Positions 1 to 10,828 of a stretch of 64,000 nucleotides of DNA are shown in pieces. Made by a program: the position numbers and the translations under genes. Source of the DNA: Promethearchaeota archaeon (GTDB lineage: Archaea > Asgardarchaeota > Lokiarchaeia > Sigyniarchaeales > SOKP01); contig JAEOUA010000006.1 in the NCBI GenBank assembly GCA_016839555.1, positions 320,001 to 384,000 on the forward strand. The letters run 5' to 3'. The stretch's first letter is position 1. Every line of letters begins with the position of its first letter. Below the pieces are notes generated by a model, which had not been told where the DNA came from, searched no databases, and saw nothing but the letters and a program-made list of their open reading frames with translations.

Positions 1-80
1 GGAATGGGACCATGACTTAAAGTGTCAATTATAGTTAAAGATTCCAGAAGGTTTTTCAATCTTTCATGTTGTTCATTCAT
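1..80 (-). CDS. 5' part of a gene running off the window edge (possibly membrane dipeptidase/amidohydrolase-like)
   Basis: Manual translation from ATG at 80: MNEQHERLKNLLESLTIIDTLSHGPI..., open to the window edge; the IIDTLSH segment resembles the first strand of amidohydrolase-fold enzymes. Confidence 0.4.
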   Translation of the reverse strand, partial: MNEQHERLKNLLESLTIIDTLSHGPI

Positions 81-236
81 ATTTAAATAAATCACTATTT
101 AGAATTAATAATTGTTATTTTCTATTATAATACCATAAATATATTATAAAATTTTGTTATATTCAATTTTTAGAAATTTTTTAAATCTTTTTAGATTCAT
201 GCATTTAAATTATTAACTATTTTAAGAATTCATAAA

Positions 237-2157
237 ATGACTATTAGACCAAAAAAGGTTCTTTTGATTGGCGTAGATCAAGCAATCCCTTGTTTGATAG
301 ATAAATTTGTTAATGAGGGAGCAATTCCTAATATTAAAAGCCTTATTGATGGAGGAATTAAAGGCGAGGCTTATTCTTGCCCACCATGTGATACTCCTAC
401 GAATTGGAGCACTTTAGCAACGGGAGCCACAACTGCGGTGCATGGAGCGACTAGTTTTTATTTGCATATTCCCGGTGAACCATTAGACTATGGACTAAAA
501 ATTCGTTCAAGATCCTCGCTCTCTAAATATTGTGGGGGAGAATATTTTTGGAATGCAGCAGATAAGCATGGATTAAAATCATTTGTATTAAATTATCCAG
601 GTGGGTGGCCGGGTAATCTAAAAAATGGAGCAATCAGCTTGCTTACATGGCCTTTACCTGAATCAATTCCTTTAGAGCTAACTTTAAAGACAAAAAAAAA
701 AATATAAAAAAACTAGCTCAAATTCTTCGCTCAAGATTATTCCAACAGAAAAATTTGAAGAATTTGAGGGAAAGTTCAAGAGTTCATCTCCCTTATTACA
801 AATCTCTATAAAACTTGAACATGAAAAAATTAAAAACTTCCCGGAATTGAAAGCCTATATAATAGATACTGAAGGTTCAGGATATGATGCCTTAGCAATA
901 AAATTGGGAAAGGAAAACAAATGGGAAATTTTAAAAAAAGACCAATGGAGCGATTGGATCTCAAATGACATTATAACAACCGAATATGAGAAATTGCCTT
1001 GTTTATTTAAAGTAAATATTAAAGAATTAAAATCTGATGGAAGTGCCCTTCATCTTCAATTTACAAGCATTTATAATACAAAAGGCTGGACTAATCCTGA
1101 ACATTTAGGAGAAAAAATAATCCGGAACGCCTTAATTTATGATCTTACTAGAGAGCAACAAAAAGTCGATTATATGATTTCGGGAGCCGTGAAATCATAT
1201 TTGGGAATAGCAAGAAATGAAGCTCTTAATATAGCTAATATCATCAAATATATGAAAAGTTATATGAATTGGGATGTGTGCTTTTTTCATATCCATTTAT
1301 TAGACAGTGTTAATCATCGCACATTAGGTAATGTCTATGAAGAGTCTCCTCTTTACACTGAACGAAAGGCAGAAAAATCTTGGGAACATATAAGAATTGC
1401 TTACCAAATTGTAGATGAATTAGTGAAAAGTTTAATGGATTCTGTCGTTGATGAAGAAACCGTAATAGTTTTTGTTGCGGATCATGGTGCAATACCTACT
1501 TGGAGAGTTGTAAATCCTCTTCCAGCTCTCATTAATGCGGATCTTCTAAGCTATAAAAAACCAGATGATAATGGTAACTGCGCTGTGGATTGGAGTAAAA
1601 CAAAGGCTTTTCCGTATTTAGAACCCCCCTATATCTGGGTTAATCTTAAAGGAAGAGATCCTACTGGTATTGTTGATCAAAGTGAGTACGAAACTGTGAG
1701 AGATCAAATCATTGAGGCTCTATATCAGTTGAGAGATCCTGATACAAATGAAAAAATTATAAAACTGGCAATAAAGAAAGAAGAAGCTGAGTATTTGGGA
1801 CAAAATGGAGAAAGAATTGGAGATGTGATTTATTTTTTAAATCCTTCCTACCAATTATTTGACTATAGATTGGAAAAATTGGATCCTTCTCTTCAGCCAA
1901 TTGATTTGTTAAAAAAGCCAGCAGCCTATGATGCGCAAGTCAATTGCGCTGCTCATGCTTACTTTCTTCCTGATGCTAAATTGGGGGACTTTTCAATAAG
2001 TGTTCCTTTAATAATTAAAGGTCCTGGTATAAAAAAAGGGGTGCAGATGAAAGATATAGTAGATTTAATTGATGTGGTACCAACTCTTGCTCATTTACTG
2101 GATATCCCTCAACCATCTACGTTTCAAGGAAAGATTCTACATCAAATAATGGAATAA
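237..2157 (+). pseudogene. Alkaline phosphatase superfamily / type I phosphodiesterase-nucleotide pyrophosphatase, split by a frameshift in an A11 run
   Basis: ORF 237-707 carries the N-terminal motifs (KVLLIGVDQA, TPTNWSTLATGA, HG) and ORF 847-2157 the C-terminal ones (DSVNH, ADHG, LIDVVPTLAHLL). The second frame is open from 691, so removing one A from 692-702 gives one 639-aa ORF. Confidence 0.8.
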
Positions 2158-2364
2158 TTAATAAAGAACGTGAAGATTTTCCTTTTTTCGAAATCTGATG
2201 ATTTTTTATTCCATTTTCTTTTTTACTTTAAAAATTATTATATTCTAAATCCTAATTGACATTATTTTATAAAATTTAGAAAAAAAATATACCTTTAATT
2301 TAGATAAACTCTATTTTTAAATATTATAAGGATAAGAAAAAATTGTATAATCAAGCAAAAATAA

Positions 2365-3282
2365 GTGGTGAGGCAAACTATTAGTTATTATCTCTATTGG
2401 GGTGGGGTTTTTTCGGCTATTTTATCCGGAATGTTATCAAATTCGGGAACTATCATACAAAAAAAAGTAGTAAATAGGGTTATCAATAATCTCCCATCAA
2501 AAGAAAATATTATGAAATATCTCATCAAAGATAAAATATGGATTCTTGGATTAATAATAAATTTAGGAATTGGGACTATCTTTTATTTACTTGCTCAATC
2601 TTTGATCGGACCAGCGCTTATTCCAGGACTTATGGCATCAGGTCTAATAATTCTGGCAATAGGTTCCGTATTCGTTTTAAAAGAGAGTTTGAAGAAGAAG
2701 GAAATATTGGGAATTTTTTTAATGATTATTGGAATTACATTCCTAGGTTTTAGCAGACTTTCCATTGAAATTTCCAATAAAACTATTTGGGAATTCACTT
2801 TTTTATTTAGAGTCGCAATATTTACCCTAGTTTTATTTATAATATCAGTTTTACTTGACTTATTAAGTAGAAAATCTGAATCGTATCAAGGTATTCCCTT
2901 GGCAGTATTTTCAGGAAATATGTTCGCACTATCAAATTTATGGGTTTCTCTGCTTATAGGTACCATCAGTAAAGTTTTTGGAGGCACTTTTATACTGGGA
3001 GAATTATTTATATTTATTATCGCTTGCATTATTTTAATAGTCTCAAATATGTATGGCATTATGAAAATTCAGCAGGCATTCACAGTAGGGCAAGCAAGTA
3101 ATTTAATAGTTATTCAACAAATCCCTATTCAAATAGGTCCTATATTTATTTACTTTTTAGTGTTTTTAATGCCACTGACAGATGTTATTTCTATCATTTT
3201 TCTATTTCTCGCTATTTTCTTAATCATTATAAGTGCGTATCTATTAGGCAAGAGACAAGCAAAAATTGAGCAGATTGGATAA
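2365..3282 (+). CDS. DMT-superfamily transporter, NIPA Mg2+-transporter-like
   Basis: About 9 hydrophobic helices; IIQKK...YL.D.IWILG...PALI.GL...VLKE pattern typical of NIPA/DMT proteins. Confidence 0.6.
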   Translation: MVRQTISYYLYWGGVFSAILSGMLSNSGTIIQKKVVNRVINNLPSKENIMKYLIKDKIWILGLIINLGIGTIFYLLAQSLIGPALIPGLMASGLIILAIGSVFVLKESLKKKEILGIFLMIIGITFLGFSRLSIEISNKTIWEFTFLFRVAIFTLVLFIISVLLDLLSRKSESYQGIPLAVFSGNMFALSNLWVSLLIGTISKVFGGTFILGELFIFIIACIILIVSNMYGIMKIQQAFTVGQASNLIVIQQIPIQIGPIFIYFLVFLMPLTDVISIIFLFLAIFLIIISAYLLGKRQAKIEQIG

Positions 3283-3369
3283 AGAATTGGTTTTATTAAC
3301 GTGAATATAAATTTTCTATAAATTATAAAATATTTTTAAAGACTAAAAAATAAAATTAGTAAAGGTAAT

Positions 3370-3690
3370 TGCCATTTAGGGAGACATGCTGGAGTTTATG
3401 ATCCACCTCGAAACGTAATTGAAGCTATAAGAAAGAATGACTTCGTAGAAATGCGAAGAAATAGGAATTATGCTTATTGCTGTGGTGCGGGAGGAGGGGT
3501 TAAATCTGCTTTTCCGGAATTGGCTTTAGAAATTGCAGAAGATAGGATTAGAGAAGCAGAAGATACGGGAGCAGAATATTTGACCACTACTTGTCCTTTT
3601 TATTTAAATAATTTACAACAGGCTGCAAATGAAATAAATTCAAAACTTAAAGTTGTTGACCTTCTTGAATTATTTAATAGAGCAATTTAA
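3370..3690 (+). pseudogene. Remnant of a CCG-domain (HdrD/GlpC-like) Fe-S oxidoreductase
   Basis: In-frame upstream of the listed ORF: CHLGRHAGVYDPPR...EMRRNRNYAYCCGAGGG...TTCPFY. The N-terminal part is missing, there is a stop at 3337-3339 with no start before the homology begins, and CPFC is changed to CPFY. Confidence 0.75.
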
Positions 3691-3699
3691 TTTATTTTT

Positions 3700-4716
3700 T
3701 TACTCTTTTTTTATATATCCGTGATTGCGAAACCATTCAATTTGATCCTTAATAGCAAGTCTAATATTGGTCCTAGGCATATTCAGTTCGTTCCAGGCTT
3801 TTGAACAATCAAAGATGCGATACTTTGCAGCAGCGACACTTTCTAACGGAGTTTTTGGCAATTTATGCTTTATATTACATGAATAAAATTCATCGAAAAA
3901 AGCAAATGCTTCAGCCAAAATTTTTGGAAAGGAAAAAAATGGAGCTTTTTTACCTCCTACATCCGCAATTAATCTTAAAAAATCCCTGAATGACATATTT
4001 CTATTTCCTGCAATATATCGCTCTCCGGATTTTCCATTTTTAATAGCCAGAACATGAGCGGCGGCCACATCCTTTACATGCACAATATTCATTTTTGTAT
4101 CAACAAACCCGGGCATTTTTCCATTCATAAAATCTTGAATAATTCTACCAGTTGGAGTAGGTTTTACATCATATGGTCCGATAGGAACGGTAGGCAAGAT
4201 AGAACAAGTGGAAAGGTCTTTTCGATGCCATTTCAACGCTATTAATTCTCCAAGGTACTTCGATCGCTTATAATGTCCCGGTAATTCTTCGTCAGTTGCA
4301 AAAAGTTTTTCATCTCCAAGAGAACCATCAGAGGGCATACCAATCGCACTTTCTGAACTAGTAAATATCACTTTTTTTATACCTTTTACTCTGGCAGTTC
4401 TCATTAGTCTATCTGTAGCCCATACATTTACTTCATACATTTGTTCTATTTGTTTAGGATCTGCCCAAAACCAAATTGGTAGAAAGATATATAAAGCTCC
4501 AGCATGGATGATATACTCGCAACCATCCATTGCCTTAGCCAGTGAATTTATGTCCCTTAAATCGCCATAAGCATATTCTATTGGTAGTCCATTAATAGTT
4601 TGAAGATTAGAGGTTTCCCTCACAAAAGCTCTTACTTCATAATCTTCTTCTAAAGCCGCTCGGACAATGTTTGCCCCAATGAACCCATTAGCACCTGTGA
4701 TTAATACTTTTGACAT
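3700..4716 (-). CDS. NAD-dependent epimerase/dehydratase (dihydroflavonol-4-reductase/HpnA-like extended SDR)
   Basis: TGANGFIG Rossmann motif, YKRSK catalytic motif, PIGPYDVKPTPTG. Confidence 0.85.
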   Translation of the reverse strand: MSKVLITGANGFIGANIVRAALEEDYEVRAFVRETSNLQTINGLPIEYAYGDLRDINSLAKAMDGCEYIIHAGALYIFLPIWFWADPKQIEQMYEVNVWATDRLMRTARVKGIKKVIFTSSESAIGMPSDGSLGDEKLFATDEELPGHYKRSKYLGELIALKWHRKDLSTCSILPTVPIGPYDVKPTPTGRIIQDFMNGKMPGFVDTKMNIVHVKDVAAAHVLAIKNGKSGERYIAGNRNMSFRDFLRLIADVGGKKAPFFSFPKILAEAFAFFDEFYSCNIKHKLPKTPLESVAAAKYRIFDCSKAWNELNMPRTNIRLAIKDQIEWFRNHGYIKKE

Positions 4717-4794
4717 AATATCTCATGATTTCTCAAGAGTTTTAAATATGATGATAAAAATTTTTGTTTAATTTAAATATTTCAATTATCATTA

Positions 4795-6381
4795 CTATTC
4801 AAAATCTTGGATATATGGTTTACCCATTTCTAAACAAAATTCAGCTTTACTAAGTTCTCTCCCCAAATAATTAAGATGTTGAGAATGATCCGTTAATTGT
4901 AAATCAATTATACACTTACTTATATCTTCTGCATTTGTTCCAATTATAGTTTTAATTAAATCGTGGGAATTAGAATAAAACAGTATATAAATTTTTTTTT
5001 TATAGTGATTGACATAAATTTTAAAATATCCCTTTTTATCAGGCTCATAGGATGGATCTCTTTTATTAATAATGATTGGATTTTCATTTAAATCTATTCT
5101 CGGCATTTTCTGACTGGTTTTTCCTTTCGCTTTAAATATTTGAATGCCCTGGTTGATAGGGGGTGATTTTTTATATTTTGAGACATAATTTAATTTTACA
5201 GCTTCTTTTAATTCTTTCACGCCACCCATTAATTTTGTACTATGCTCTACTGTAAAAAGAATTCCCATATCTAATTCAACAGCTATACTTGCTAATAATC
5301 CATTAATACCTACTGAATCTATATCCATCAATTCAACCACATTTGAAATCCCAAAAAACATCGGTAATTCGAATTTTTTGAATTCGTCTTGCTGAACCTT
5401 TTTGCGATATAAGAAATATGTGGTAAGTGAAGGTACGATTCCGGGTGAAATAGGTGTTTCCAATAAGGGATCGGCGATTAATTTAGTAAAGCCTAAGTTA
5501 AACATTTTTTCAGTGAGAGTAAATAAATTTTGGACACGAGTCTGAGGATCTTCGGGAAAATAACCCTTATTAATATTGGTTGGTAAAATTACAATCGGAA
5601 TATCTTTTGGAATACTAATGAATTCTTTATAATTACCAATATCAAGACTTAGTATCATATCTATTTTTTCCTCTACAGCTGAATGGATTTCTTCAGTATT
5701 CATAGAATCTATGCTTAGAAGTATATTAAAATTGGATTGTAATAATTTAATAATTTCTTTTACTCGACTGGGTTTGGGTTTATTTGCGATGCATCCAATA
5801 TCTATTATATCAGCCCCAGAATCTATATAATGTTGTGCTTTCTTAATAATTGATTTATCAGACTTTTTTGTGCAATTTACTATTTCTGCGATTATTGGAG
5901 GAGGCAAATCCCTTCCAATCATTATATCGCTAACTTTTTTATTGATATAATAATTTGCTTGATCTATATTTTTTTTGGCATTATTAATTTGATCTTGAAC
6001 TATTTTTTGATATTCAGTTTCTCCAGTTAATTTGAGTTGTTTATCTGCTGGAAGTTCGGTGGAGAGTTCAATACTCTCTATATTTTCCAAAATTAATGGA
6101 AGGTCAGAAGCAAATTCCGGGCCTTTTCTTATGGAAATAGAAAATTGTTCTTCAAGATTTTTAGAACTCCATTGTATAAATCCAGGAAGTAATACTAAAT
6201 CATAGGATGAAAGATCTATAGACTTTAAAGCTTGTTTCGCTAATTTTTGAGTTATAAATGCCGAAATAGAAATAGGTACTTTATATACATTAATCTGATG
6301 TCCTTTAATTGAATTTGAAATTTTTTTTAATATAGAATAACTTTGTTGTCCAGTTAAGATCAATATATTAATAGAAATCAC
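4795..6381 (-). CDS. Archaeal dihydropteroate synthase-like protein with C-terminal DUF4346-like domain
   Basis: GADIIDIG, LSIDS, ADPLL, GISNVVELMDIDSVGINGLL; C-terminal DKKGYFKI...HLNYLGRELSKAE. Confidence 0.8.
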   Translation of the reverse strand: MISINILILTGQQSYSILKKISNSIKGHQINVYKVPISISAFITQKLAKQALKSIDLSSYDLVLLPGFIQWSSKNLEEQFSISIRKGPEFASDLPLILENIESIELSTELPADKQLKLTGETEYQKIVQDQINNAKKNIDQANYYINKKVSDIMIGRDLPPPIIAEIVNCTKKSDKSIIKKAQHYIDSGADIIDIGCIANKPKPSRVKEIIKLLQSNFNILLSIDSMNTEEIHSAVEEKIDMILSLDIGNYKEFISIPKDIPIVILPTNINKGYFPEDPQTRVQNLFTLTEKMFNLGFTKLIADPLLETPISPGIVPSLTTYFLYRKKVQQDEFKKFELPMFFGISNVVELMDIDSVGINGLLASIAVELDMGILFTVEHSTKLMGGVKELKEAVKLNYVSKYKKSPPINQGIQIFKAKGKTSQKMPRIDLNENPIIINKRDPSYEPDKKGYFKIYVNHYKKKIYILFYSNSHDLIKTIIGTNAEDISKCIIDLQLTDHSQHLNYLGRELSKAEFCLEMGKPYIQDFE

Positions 6382-6631
6382 TAACCTTTTTTACTTTTTT
6401 TAGATAAGAGATTTAATAATTCATTTTATGTAAGATTACCGTTAAATAAAATCTGATGTTTTTAATATATTCTTCTATTATTATTCAATCTACGATATTG
6501 GTAATTATAATCGATTGATTGCAAATATAATCTCGTATGATAAAAATATGAAAAAATAAATGATAAATTTCTCAAACTTGAACTTGATTATCTAATAACT
6601 AATAAATAAATAAATAAAAAAATTTTAATAT

Positions 6632-8107
6632 TTACATTTGGACTGCTGCTTTTAGCCCTAATCCTTTAGCGACTCTATCTCCCCAAGTTTCATCAGCTTT
6701 ATAGAAATAAGTTAGCATCCTTTCTTGGATAAACGTAGGTACGGTTTTAAGACTATTAACCAGATTTTGTATAAGACGATCTTGTTCATCTGCTGGCATT
6801 AATCTATAGAGATTTCCAGGCTGTATAAAATCAGCATCTACTCTGGGTTGTCCATATCTATCAGCATCTCCAGAAATTTTTAGTGGAGGTTCTTTAAATT
6901 TAGGATCCTCTTTAGGACCTCCGAAGCTATTGGGTTCATACACAGGAGAAGCTCCTGCATTATCGTCAAATCTCATAAAGCCATCACGATGATAGGTATT
7001 TACTTTTGCATTCTTTGGTCTATTTACCGGTAATGACTGATAATTTACTCCTAATCGGTAGCGATGAGCATCTGCATACGAGAAGAGTCTTCCTTGTAGC
7101 ATTTTATCTGGTGAGAACGAAATTCCGGGAACCTTATTAGAAGGATCGAATGCTGCTTGTTCTATTTCTGCAAAATAGTTTTTTGGATTCTTATTTAATT
7201 CCATTATTCCTACTTTTATTAATGGATAATCTCCATGGGGCCAAACCTTAGTTAAATCAAAAGGGTTCCATTCATAAGTTTCTGCTTCTAATTCTGGCAT
7301 TATTTGGACACTAAGTTCCCATTTTGGATAATCTCCACGCTCAATTCTCTCATATAAATCGCGTGTCGCCCAGTCCGGATCAATACCTGCAATTTTATCT
7401 GCTTCTTCTTGCATAAAATTTTTAATGCCTTGTAATGTTTTAAAATGAAATTTGACCCAGAAACGCTCATTATCTGCATTTATAAAACTATAGGTATGGC
7501 TTCCATATCCATTCATGTGGGTAAATCCATAGGGAATGCCTCGGTCCGAGAAAAGAATAGTGACTTGATGTAGGGACTCGGGAACTAATGACCAGAAATC
7601 CCACCACATCGTTTGGGAGCGTAGATTATTTTTAGGCATCCGTTTTTGAGTGTGAATAAAATCACTGAATTTTAAAGGATCTCTGACAAAAAACACAGGT
7701 GTGTTATTTCCTACTAAGTCCCAGTTGCCTTCCTCTGTGTAAAATTTAAGCGCAAAACCTCTCACATCTCTTACTGTATCCGCTGAACCTCTTTCTCCTG
7801 CTACAGTCGAAAATCTAGCTAATACCTCTGTTTCTTTCCCGACTTCTGAGAATATTTTTGCCTTAGTATATTTTGTTATATCATGTGTCACGGTAAACGT
7901 ACCATACGCTCCTGCTCCTTTTGCATGAACAACTCGTTCTGGTATTCTTTCTCTAGCAAATGTCGCTAATTTCTCCATTAAATGTACATCTTGCATGAGA
8001 ATTGGGCCTCTTTCACCAGCAGTTATTGAATTTTGATTATCTTCTATGGGAGCGCCTCCAGCAGTAGTTAGGGTATCTTTACTTTTTTTAGGTTCTTTAT
8101 ATTCCAT
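6632..8107 (-). CDS. katA: Monofunctional heme catalase (small subunit)
   Basis: [15 protein letters not shown] active-site signature; [14 protein letters not shown] proximal heme-ligand motif. Confidence 0.97.
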   Translation of the reverse strand: MEYKEPKKSKDTLTTAGGAPIEDNQNSITAGERGPILMQDVHLMEKLATFARERIPERVVHAKGAGAYGTFTVTHDITKYTKAKIFSEVGKETEVLARFSTVAGERGSADTVRDVRGFALKFYTEEGNWDLVGNNTPVFFVRDPLKFSDFIHTQKRMPKNNLRSQTMWWDFWSLVPESLHQVTILFSDRGIPYGFTHMNGYGSHTYSFINADNERFWVKFHFKTLQGIKNFMQEEADKIAGIDPDWATRDLYERIERGDYPKWELSVQIMPELEAETYEWNPFDLTKVWPHGDYPLIKVGIMELNKNPKNYFAEIEQAAFDPSNKVPGISFSPDKMLQGRLFSYADAHRYRLGVNYQSLPVNRPKNAKVNTYHRDGFMRFDDNAGASPVYEPNSFGGPKEDPKFKEPPLKISGDADRYGQPRVDADFIQPGNLYRLMPADEQDRLIQNLVNSLKTVPTFIQERMLTYFYKADETWGDRVAKGLGLKAAVQM

Positions 8108-8383
8108 ATATTTCCTCTCTAATTTTAATTATTGGTTCAATGGTGTAAAGGATAACTATGTATTTAAGCAATCTTCTTTTAATTTATTAATTTTAAAAAT
8201 AAAAACAAGATACAAATAAAAATAAATAATTAATCAAATTATGAAAATAAATTATAATTATAACCTTTATAAGCTTTCAGATAATGCTGTTGATTTTTTT
8301 ATATTGTAATAAGGTAGTTTTGAACTATCTTTAATCTTTGTTTGTTTTATACTTAATCTGTTTAAATATCAAAATTTAATCTT

Positions 8384-9490
8384 TTATTTATTGTTCTTAC
8401 GATTTAAATAGTCTTTTTTGAATGGAATGAAGATATCGTCTAAAATTGATCCTGATGCGTGATTTAATTCTAAATTATTAACAATGGGTTTATATTTCCC
8501 TCCTAATAAACCATCAGCTATATAGGCGGCTCCTTGGGCGGCTCTCTTTGCTATTTGACTATAAGTTTTCATTAATCTTACAGGTATAAAATCATTTAAA
8601 GCATCATAGATGTTATGTTGAATATAATTAATGTTTGCACCCCTCCCTGCTAATAATATTTCTTTTTTTTTTTCTTTTTCTGAAAATGAGGAGGAAATAG
8701 AATATACTGCTTTTTGAACGCTTGAAATGTAAGCTTGGAAGGCAATTCGGGTTTGTTCATCCTTTTCTGCCAAGAGTGAGATTTCTTTCAAGCTTAAATC
8801 TGAATACCCTGCAATATAAGCTACACCACCTTTATATATATTTTCCTTCTTGATTTCTTTTATTAAATACGCTAATTCTCCATCTAAACTTCCACAGGCT
8901 CTAAATCCCATTATATTTGATCCCCCAATTCCATCAATGATTTTTCCGTTTTCAATCGCTAATACAGCAGTAAATCCATATCCAATTTCAACCATGATGA
9001 AATTTGTTCTTTCAGGAGGGAGATTATAGGTTTCCATTTGATCTTTTATTCCCACCACAGCGGTACATAATTTATCTGCAGTCCCCATATCGATTTTATT
9101 GATTTTTCGATATCTCGGTACGGTTGAGAGATGTTTTACGCCGGGAACCATGACACCGGGAATATTTTCTTTTTTAATTAATCTTAATATTTCTCCTAAT
9201 CCTAGTAATTCTTCTTTTTCTTTTTTCTGGAATTTTAATAAGGTTAAGAAAATATCTTTTTCGGTAAGTTCAGAACTTTTTCTTAAAGGTAATCCAAATC
9301 CACTAGGAGCAACCATTAAATCAATCTTATGTTTTTTATGTAATGATTTGATAACAGTAATACATTTACGGGGCTCTCGTATTATATCTTTAGTTGGAAT
9401 AGATGTATCTAATATGATCTGATCATCATTTAAACCGAAAAAATCCCAACTTAGGGAGCCAGGATCGATACCTAAGACGGTTTTAGTCAT
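8384..9490 (-). CDS. DUF1464 family protein (ASKHA/butyrate kinase-like)
   Basis: GIDPGS.S.D, APSGFGLP, NKIDMGTADK, GKIIDGIGG, AAQGAAYIADGL.GG. Confidence 0.8.
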   Translation of the reverse strand: MTKTVLGIDPGSLSWDFFGLNDDQIILDTSIPTKDIIREPRKCITVIKSLHKKHKIDLMVAPSGFGLPLRKSSELTEKDIFLTLLKFQKKEKEELLGLGEILRLIKKENIPGVMVPGVKHLSTVPRYRKINKIDMGTADKLCTAVVGIKDQMETYNLPPERTNFIMVEIGYGFTAVLAIENGKIIDGIGGSNIMGFRACGSLDGELAYLIKEIKKENIYKGGVAYIAGYSDLSLKEISLLAEKDEQTRIAFQAYISSVQKAVYSISSSFSEKEKKKEILLAGRGANINYIQHNIYDALNDFIPVRLMKTYSQIAKRAAQGAAYIADGLLGGKYKPIVNNLELNHASGSILDDIFIPFKKDYLNRKNNK

Positions 9491-9528
9491 TTGGAAAAAA
9501 ATATAATATTATATATATAAAATTCAAT

Positions 9529-9933
9529 TTAAAGTGTAAAAACTTTTTTTGCTTCGGCTATTGCATCTACTAAGTCATTTAATTCTAACTTTTCTAAACC
9601 TTCCGGTATATCAAATTTTGGTGGTTTTCCGCCTAATAATTTCATCCATGCTTGACAAGCATATAATGGAATTCCCATACCTTTAGCATGTTTAATTAGG
9701 TCGAAAGGGTCTATAGAAACTCCCATTTCAGCTGCATTTTTTTTGATGTCTTCGGAATATGGCTCCAAACCCTCTGGAAACCTGAATTTCTTGTCGATGA
9801 GTCCTGCTAATCCTTCTTGCATAAAAACAATTGATATATCGTCGCCTTTCTTCTTTGTATTGATTGCAATTACGAGAGCACTTAAGTAAGAATTAATTTT
9901 AGCCTCCTTACATATTATAATTGTATCTACCAT
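9529..9933 (-). CDS. DsrE/DsrF-like protein
   Basis: 134 aa; SIVFMQEG and LYACQAW pattern of the DsrE fold. Confidence 0.65.
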   Translation of the reverse strand: MVDTIIICKEAKINSYLSALVIAINTKKKGDDISIVFMQEGLAGLIDKKFRFPEGLEPYSEDIKKNAAEMGVSIDPFDLIKHAKGMGIPLYACQAWMKLLGGKPPKFDIPEGLEKLELNDLVDAIAEAKKVFTL

Positions 9934-10133
9934 TTTATTTCATCTAATAGAGTATATTATTATAATTATTTGTTTTTATTTTCAAATTATCATTATAATT
10001 ACATGTATTTTAAAAGTTAAATCTTTAGAAATTATTTCGAAAGCTTTTCTCAAAAATTTTTAATATTAAGATTTTTTTCATTCAATGATCTATTCATATT
10101 AGATAATAATATATTTAAATTGGAGAAGTTCAT

Positions 10134-10763
10134 TTGCCCCGTATTGCGCCTTTTGAAACATATCCCGACAGATACGAGAGATGGTTTCTGAAACATAAAT
10201 ATGCTTATAAATCAGAATTAATAGCAGTAAAAAATCAACTTCCCGAAGGAAAATTTGGCATTGAAATTGGTGTAGGGAGCGGTAGATTTGCAGCACCTCT
10301 AGGGATCAACCTCGGAGTAGAACCCTCCCATGAGATGAGAATGATTGCCAAAAAGAAAAAGATAAATCTTATTGATTCTATCGCTGAATATTTACCTTTT
10401 AAGAATAACTTATTTGATTTCGTTTTAATGGTGACTACAATATGCTTTCTTGACGATATAGAAGCATCCTTTAAAGAAGTGTTTAGGATTTTGAAAGAAA
10501 ATGGCTCTTTTATAATAGGTTTTATTGACCGAAATAGTGCAATTGGAAGAAAATATGAGAATTATAAAGAATCTAATGTTTTCTATAAAGTAGCAGATTT
10601 TTACTCCGTGGAAGAGGTTATAGACTTTCTAAAAAAAACTAATTTTAGAAATTTCTCCTTTAATCAAACCATTTTACACCCTTTATCAGCAATTAAAGAA
10701 AAAGAAGAAATAAAAAAAGGGTATGGTGAGGGATCTTTTGTGACTATTAAAGCAATAAAATGA
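10134..10763 (+). CDS. Class I SAM-dependent methyltransferase
   Basis: EIGVGSGRF motif I, AEYLPF, FDFVLMVTTICF, EVFRILK. Confidence 0.9.
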   Translation: MPRIAPFETYPDRYERWFLKHKYAYKSELIAVKNQLPEGKFGIEIGVGSGRFAAPLGINLGVEPSHEMRMIAKKKKINLIDSIAEYLPFKNNLFDFVLMVTTICFLDDIEASFKEVFRILKENGSFIIGFIDRNSAIGRKYENYKESNVFYKVADFYSVEEVIDFLKKTNFRNFSFNQTILHPLSAIKEKEEIKKGYGEGSFVTIKAIK

Positions 10764-10828
10764 TGATTGGTAAAGTTGGGAAAATTATCGTATTTTTAAA
10801 ATTTTGATCTAATTATCTGATGATTTTT

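Noticed and set aside
3700-4716. HpnA-like gene as evidence of hopanoid synthesis
   Set aside because: No squalene synthase or cyclase genes are in the window, and the family is widespread.
8251-8263. TTATAATTATAA palindrome upstream of catalase as a PerR-like box
   Set aside because: It is pure A/T in a very AT-rich gap and does not match the 15-bp TTATAATNATTATAA spacing.
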